Positions 57,183 through 64,000 of a stretch of DNA of 64,000 nt are shown piece by piece. A program made the position numbers and the translations under genes. The DNA lies in assembly GCF_000315625.1 (NCBI RefSeq), contig NW_005434660.1, forward strand, positions 62,001 to 126,000, in the 5' to 3' direction. Numbering within the stretch: position 1 is the stretch's first letter; every line of letters starts with the position of its first letter. The notes under the pieces were generated by a model. It was not told where the DNA came from, made no database searches, and saw only the letters and a list, made by a program, of their open reading frames with translations. The stretch comes from Guillardia theta CCMP2712. Taxonomy: Eukaryota > Protista > Cryptophyta.

Positions 57183-58139
57183 ATGGCATCCATGAACGTT
57201 GCTCTTGTATTTGTGAAGCCTCATGCTGTCAACGACAAAGTGCTTTCTCTCACAAGGTGAAAGCGTGTTGTTGCTTGCTCTGAGTGCTGACCCGGGAGCA
57301 GATCGCATCTTGAAGGGAAAGGTATCAAGATCTTGAAGCAAGGAGAGCTGACAGCTGATGTCATCAAGGCCAAGGGGATCATCGACGATCACTATGCTGC
57401 GTTGGCGGCCAATGCTGTCAAGCTTCACCCGCGAGAGCTGCTCGTGTCTGCTGACAGGCAGGCGGACTTTGAGAAGGAGTTCGGCAAGAGCTGGACCCAG
57501 GCCTGCTCGGATGGCTCCGTCATGAACCTCGCGCAGTATCAGGAGAAGAATCCTTCCCTGGACGTGACCACCATCGAGAGCAGATGGAGGGCTGGCAAGA
57601 CGTTCAAGCTCGCCCCTGGCAACTACGTCTCGCTCATCTCCGACGATGGCGCGATAGTGGTCAACGGGTTCTACGGGAGCATGAGGGAGAAGTTCACGGC
57701 CCCGGGCGCGCAGGTCAACTGGATGCAAGTTGAGTTCGACGAGGCGAGCCTGTCCTGGAAGGCCTTCCGCAACGAAGTCATCGGAGCGACTGACCCCAAC
57801 GCTGCTGCCGGCGGGTCGTTGAGAAAGAGAGTCATGGAGGACTGGCAGAGCCTCGGCCTTGCCTTCCAGCCTAACACGAGCGACAACTCGATCCATGCGA
57901 GCGCCGGGCCGTTGGAGGGACTGAGAGAGCGAGAGATCTGGATGCAGGTCAGCCTCGAAGAAGATCCGTTTGGGAAGCAGCTCCTGTCCAAGGGAGTGAA
58001 GCTCGAGACGATAAGGAGACTGTGTGGTAACGAAGTTGTGTCCCTGGGCGGCTCGTCTGGTCCAGCCTTCGACGTGTTCGAGGAGATGGACTCCTCCAAG
58101 GCGATAGAGCATGTGCTGGAGCTGCAGAAGTCCTGGTGA
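57183..58139 (+). CDS. Nucleoside diphosphate kinase-like protein; a possible upstream targeting exon
   Basis: ALVFVKPHA, IDDHY, FRNEVIGATDP..A..GSLR, NSIHASA (catalytic His). Confidence 0.85.
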
Positions 58140-58295
58140 TAGGTGAGGCTGCAGCGAGAGGAGGTTGGGGAAGGGGAGGAATAGGCAGATCAGGGAAGGA
58201 GTGGGGAGGAGCTAGAATTCCGAATGATGTCTGTCAAAAGCACTGGGTTCTGAACACGATGACGATGCTTATGAAATGACAGCCTGACGGGATAG

Positions 58296-58387
58296 CTTGT
58301 GTTATACGGCAGAAGGGGGAGATGAAACTGTCCAGTCATTTCTTGTGTTATACGGCAGAAGGGGGAGATGAAACTGTCTAGTCATTT
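58296..58387 (+). repeat. 46-bp tandem duplication, intergenic
   Basis: cttgtgttatacggcagaagggggagatgaaactgtc(c/t)agtcattt occurs twice. Confidence 0.9.
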
Positions 58388-58746
58388 GACATGTGCGCAG
58401 CAGGTGTAGCAGCGTCGATAATCAACGACATGAGCAAGGTAGAGCGAGAGACTGTTTGCTTGTCGACTCGTTCCCTATCGTTTATATCAACACGATGCAA
58501 ACATATCTGCACATGATTTCCTATGATTGTTTGTGCAAGCCTTCAAAGTTCGCTGATTGCTGCTGTCCCTCTTATCTTGCTGTTCTAGCGCACTCACTGC
58601 TTCGTAACACCGTACCACGGCAGGTGGCGAGGCCCTTCGCTTCTCGTTCCTCCTTCCATTATTTTTTCCCCCTTTCCCTTTAGCTCTTCAAACACCATTG
58701 CCCTCTCTCAATGAAGCATCAGATTGGTTGCCCCTTTACTTGTCTA

Positions 58747-61201
58747 TCACATGTTGGCTCGCTCGTCCTCAGTCTTGTCGATGCGGATCATGTCGTCGAT
58801 GCGGAGAATCGTCACCGCAGCCTCAGTGGCGAACGCGATCGACTTCGTCTTGCTCATCGTCGGCTCTAGGACACCAGCCTGCAGGCAATTGTGGATGACT
58901 CCCGTCCTGCACCAGCCATCACGGAGGCGCGACAACGTTAGCGGTCAGTTACCTCAGGTTGAGGCCCGAGCACGACTTCTCCTTGAACTTGCCCGCGTCC
59001 TTCTCTTGCTGTGAGCAAGTGAGTGTGAGGGTGCAGCGGACTGCAAGTCTTGCCTGAGAGTGGTAGTGGTCGGCTCTGAGCTTCGCGACCAGCTCCGTAG
59101 CGTCGCATGCAGCGTTCACGGCCAGTGTCTTAGGGATAACAAGGAGAGCCTGAGCGAACTCCGCGATGGCCATCTGCAGAGCTGTTATCACACAAGGACG
59201 ATGACGTCCAATCCAATGACCTGCTCACGTGACCCTAACGTGTGCGCAAAGTTCTCGAGGTAGATGGAAAGAGCAGCTTCAACCTGAGGGCAACGGCATT
59301 AGAGCAGTAGGGAACAATGAGTGCGCGTACCGCTCCTCCTCCTGGAACCACTTCGTTTGACTCCAGCACACGTTTCACAACGCACATGGCGTCATGGAGC
59401 GCTCTCTCCATCTCGTCGAGCGTGTACCTATGTCGAGTCAAACATGACCAATGTTCACGTTGATCCTTCCACTTACTCGTTGGGTCCGCGAAGAAGGATG
59501 GAGCCAGATTTTTGGCTGTGCAGGATGTCAGTTTCCATCAAAGTCTCAGCGTTGCACTTGTTACTTTGCGCATCCTTCAATCACGATGAGTTCGTTGTCA
59601 CCAACTCGCTCCTCATAGACTTTGTCTGCTTGACCCAACATGGATGGATCAAAAGATTCTTCGCCTTCCATCCCAGCCATTGAAAGCATGATCGTTCCAC
59701 CAGTCACCTTGGCAATCCTACCACAACGAGTGAGCTCATGCCCCACATCCACGAGAGTTGAAACCTTCTCAAGTCATCCTTCTTCACTCTCCTAACTCCA
59801 ATCGCTCCAGCTTGCACCAGCCATTTCAGGCAAAGGTCATCGATGCCCTTGGAAGTAAGGATGACGTTGGCACCCTGCCCGATGTGTCAGCTTCCGATCC
59901 TCCGCTCCTGTTGGACTTACCGCCTTGATAAGGAGGTCGATTCTTTCCTTCATGATATCTTCTTCTCTATCGCGAATGGCTTGCAACTTGGAAGGATCCG
60001 TCACAACCACCTTCAATGTCCAGGTCATGTCAATTCCAGCAGCAGAAAGCAAGTTGCAGGGTCACCTGTACCCCAAGGCTCATCTTGTATTTCCTCAAGT
60101 CGTAATCTAGCAAAGCGATCTTCGCTTTGTTCACAACGGTCGGCATAGCCTTGATTCAAGATGTCATTTTCGAGTGAGAAACAAGGTAAAACCGATCACC
60201 TGGGAAGCCCTGGTGCAGTTCAAGGCGTAGCCTGCGATGCGTCGACTTTCCTGGCTACTCTTACCGTGGGCCTGGAAGCATAATTAGGCTTCGAAAGTAG
60301 GCAAGGGAACATTTGACCTTCAAGACGTTAATGGCCTTCACAGGATAGCGAACATCGCCAGAGCTGTTGACGGTCTTGACGGACATCACTGAATCAACCG
60401 CCATGGCCGCAAAGAAGTCTTGAATACACCATGAGCAACCATGCAAACAGAACAAGGGAAACATACCGGAATTAATGTTCAAAATCTTGGATGACATGGA
60501 AGTCTTTGCAACATTGATCAAGGCATCCCTCCCCAGCTTGTCAACCTGATCCAAACTGAGCCACTCTTGTGGTCAAACTCTCAAACATCCAAGTACCTTG
60601 GTGCTCAGTTTTTCATTCACATACTTGATCGCTTCCTTTTGAGCCAGTCGAAACCCGCTAATGATCGAGGTTGGGTGAATCTTCATGTTCACCAGCTCAT
60701 TGGCTCTCTGCAATGTCATCACAACTTTGTGCGCACTCAAGGACTAGACAATCACCCGAAGCAATTCTGCCGCTAAGATGACAACAGACGTTGTCCCATC
60801 CCCCACCTCCTTATCCTGAGCGGCAGCGTTACACCCGAGCAACAAAAGTCCATTTCTCGTTACCTGGAGTTGCGCCAGGTCTACCAAGACCTTTCCTGCA
60901 GGGTGATCCACTTCAAGGAGGTTTAAGATGGTAGCTCCGTCATTGGTGACGGTTGTGTCGCCAATATCGTCGACTAACATCTTGTCCAGTCCAACTGGTC
61001 CCAGAGAAGACTTGACAACATTTGCTATAGCCATACAAGCCATGACTGTAATGTGACAAAACAACATCAATTCAATCCACGATAACACAGCGTTCAACAT
61101 GAAGAAATACCATTTTGCGTCCTCACATCCTGACCAGACTTGCGATCGCCTTCAAGTCCTGTAAGGCCTTCTCCACCGAAGGCATTGCTCCCTTTGACCA
61201 T
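58747..61201 (-). CDS. CCT1: T-complex protein 1 subunit alpha
   Basis: [74 protein letters not shown]. Confidence 0.97.
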
Positions 61202-61889
61202 GTCTGGAACAAACAGCATGTGTGAGTTTTCCACTGTGAGAAACGAGAGGCATGATATGGAAAGGAAATTATCTGCATGAGTCAGAACAGTAAACAAAGA
61301 ATCAAAGAATCAAACAGGGTTGATTACAAAGCATGACAGGTTAGATAGTTTGACTGGAAAGACTTCCATGAAGTCTATGGATGCCTTGCAGTGCGTGCAA
61401 GACTGAAAGAAGACTGGGTTGTTTCATACCAGACATTATCCGTTAGATTAGAATGGTTCTGAAAATCCAGTAATTTAATGACACGACATGCATCAATAGG
61501 GAAAATTGATCCCATTGTTAACTCTCCTGACCTCTATTTGCTGGCCTTAGGGAACAGTCATGGAAGGATACAGACTTTCTGCAGAGACCTGAGTTTCTTA
61601 CTCTCCTACACTGTCCGGCCCCCCAAAGGAGCAAGAAGTTACTGATATCCCCTGATATATGATAACCCTGGCCTTCGAATCACTCGTCACGTTAACTGCT
61701 CCTGTAATGTCCAACATTGGTGCCAACATTCTATTCTTTGTTCATAATTCATCTTCTTTGATCCTCCATTGTCTTTCTCCTTGTACAACTCAAGAACTTC
61801 TATGAATCATGTATCTGCCTCCTGCCTCCTGCCTCTCTTCCTCCGCTTCCCCCTCCACCCTCTCTCCTGCTCTTCCATTTCCCTTTCCC

Positions 61890-62260
61890 GCCTTTTCTGG
61901 TTAACTACCCTACCCACATACCCTACCCCCACGATCATCAAGGACCACCTTTAATGATGCCCCTACTTTCCTGATAAATTCATCCCATGAAGCACCGGGT
62001 CCTTAAATTACCACCCCTCAAGGAATCATTTGACCACCCCCTCTTTCTTCAAAAACAGATCGCATGCGGTGTCCTATCCTACCCCCTCGCTCCCTCCCTT
62101 TCTTACCACCCCCACCTCAACCTAATTGTACCCCCTACCCCCATATTGTTCTAGGTCCATTGGAGCCCTATTTCCGACCACCTTCCTAGGACCTCACTCA
62201 TGGTACTACCCTACCCTCTCTATTAGAACGTCTTCCTCGTTCTTCGTACCCCTCCTTGTT
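61890..62260 (+). promoter_or_regulatory. TACCC/ACCCTACCC-rich patch in a divergent intergenic region
   Basis: Dense accctaccc/accacccc motifs between CCT1 (-) and the aminotransferase (+). Function inferred. Confidence 0.4.
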
Positions 62261-62669
62261 GCAGGAGTCGGAGGGCAGTAGTAGTTGAAAACGGATGAGG
62301 GAGGCGCAATGCTTTGTGCGATGAGTCGGAGAGCGAGGCGACATGCAGCAGAAGAGGAAGAGGAGAGGGAGAGGGAGAGGGAGAGGGAGAAGAAGAGTAA
62401 GAGGAAGAGGAAGAAGAAGAGGAAGAGTAAGAGGAAGAAGAAGAGGAGGAGGAAGAGGAAGTGGAAGAGAGGGAGGGGAGGGAGAGAGGAGGGAGAGAGG
62501 AGGGAGAGAGGAGGGCGAGAGGAGGGAGAGGAAGAGCATTTGGAGGAGGGGAAGGGGGGTGAGGGGAAGGAATGGAGAAGCGAAGAAAACAGGGTTAGTT
62601 TGTAAACTGTCAGAGCTGGGATGGTCGTGGACCTTGTTCAACTTGACTGACATCCTTGTTGCCCCCAGG

Positions 62670-63877
62670 ATGCCAGGGCTTCGACAAGACATCGACCCTA
62701 GTGGACTGCTGGAATATTCCGTCGTTTATACAGACAGGGCTCTCAACCACATGAGCCAGTCGTTTCAGGGGGTAATGAAGGATCTCAGTGCGTCGCTGAA
62801 GAGAGCGTACAATGCCAAGGAGCTGGTCGTCATTCCAGGGAGTGGAACCTACGGGATGGAGGCTGTTGCCCGGCAGTTTGCCAAGAACCAGCATGTGCTG
62901 ATCATAAGGAATGGTTGGTTCAGCTTTCGATGGACTCAGATCCTGGAAACGGGAAAGATTGCGTCAAGGACAGTGGTGCTCAAAGCTAGGAGAGAGGGAG
63001 CTGGTGGGGATACAGACAGTTTCCGTCCTCCACCGATCGAAGTAGTGGTGAGTGAGGGGTTGGAATGGTGGCGATCGGATGACAAGTGCTCCAGGAAGAT
63101 ACCATCAAGCGGGAGAAGCCCTCTGTTGTGTTCGCTCCTCATGTTGAAACCAGTGTGGGGTTGATCTTGCCTGACGACTACATCCGACGAGTGGCAGAGG
63201 CGACCAGGTCGGTGGGCGGCATCTTCGTGCTGGACTGCATAGCGAGCGGAGCCCTCTGGATCGACATGGCGAGCCTGGGGGTGGACGTGCTGATCTCAGC
63301 TCCTCAGAAAGGATGGTCGGGCCCAGCATGCTGTGGGCTGGTTCTGCTGGGTGAGCGAGCATGTGCACGAGCTTCGTGCTCCAACTCCGACAGTTTCTCC
63401 ATGGACCTCAACGTCTGGAGAAAGTTGATGGGGACGTACGAGGCTGGCAAGCACATGTACCATGCTACCATGCCAACAGATGCTCTCCGGATGTTCCGAG
63501 ACGTGGTGAAGGAGGCAGAAAAGTTCGGGCTAGACAAGCTGAAGCAGGAGCAAATTCTGCTGGGGAGAGAGGCGAGGGAGCTGGTGCATGCTAAGTTTGG
63601 CTTCAAGAGCGTAGCAGCGGAAGGGTTCCAGTCTCCCTGCGTCATTGTGTCATACACTCAAGACTTGCAGATCAAGAGCGGACAGAGCTTCGCTAAGGTC
63701 GGCATGCAGATCGCTGCTGGCGTTCCGCTCGCCCTAGATGAAGGAGATCGCTACAGCTCCTTCCGCGTCGGACTCTTCGGCCTCGACAAGCTGCTGAATC
63801 GTCGGCGAACGATCAAGTTGCTGGAAGAGGCGATGGAGAAAGTGGTCAAGGGGAGGAGCTCGACGTCGCGCCTCTGA
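62670..63877 (+). CDS. Class V PLP aminotransferase (serine-pyruvate/alanine-glyoxylate type) with C-terminal PTS1 -SRL
   Basis: LLEYSVVYTDRALNHMS, PGSGTYGMEAV, PHVETS, VLDCIASG, SAPQKGW (PLP lysine); one short intron; ends SRL-stop. Confidence 0.92.
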
Positions 63878-64000
63878 GCTCCTCCTGTTCTCTCTCATGT
63901 CCTCTCTTTGTTTCATTACACTGATAACAAATGAGAAGTCTCAACACCAATATCGACACCCTTCCTTGACGCGTCCTCGTCCTCGTCCTCGTCCTCGTCC

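Noticed and set aside
61890-62260. Interstitial telomere array
   Set aside because: The motifs are dispersed and irregular, not tandem telomeric units. Kept only as a motif-rich patch.

Overview
Gene-dense eukaryotic nuclear DNA with many short GT-AG introns, microsatellite-filled long introns and four N-gaps. The style suggests a cryptophyte alga such as Guillardia theta, which is an inference. About 18 intron-split genes are recognisable: a CgeB-like glycosyltransferase, BMT2-like rRNA methyltransferase, SEL1/HRD3-like protein, ZIP transporter, MTBP-like protein, Nudix hydrolase, FSH1 hydrolase, LSM7, SAR1, HAUS3-like protein, MON2, a Ufd2-core/UBC fusion, a MORN protein, a RING-CH/DUF179 fusion, an NDK-like protein, CCT1 and a class V aminotransferase with PTS1. 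An accessory island at ~5.2-12.35 kb, bounded by imperfect direct repeats, holds a decayed Crypton-type tyrosine recombinase, a decayed collagen-like ORF and a 73-bp satellite. A MITE-like element lies at ~28.1-28.5 kb. Most notable signals: (1) mobile DNA appears inactivated by many short CG-rich insertions rather than substitutions; (2) four unrelated proteins have a signal peptide followed by a ubiquitin-C-terminus-like (L/V)xLRGG motif; (3) strand-polarised TACCC/ACCCTACCC patches mark six of seven divergent intergenic regions; (4) an apparent E4-core plus E2 fusion enzyme. Exon boundaries were read by eye, so gene coordinates are approximate.
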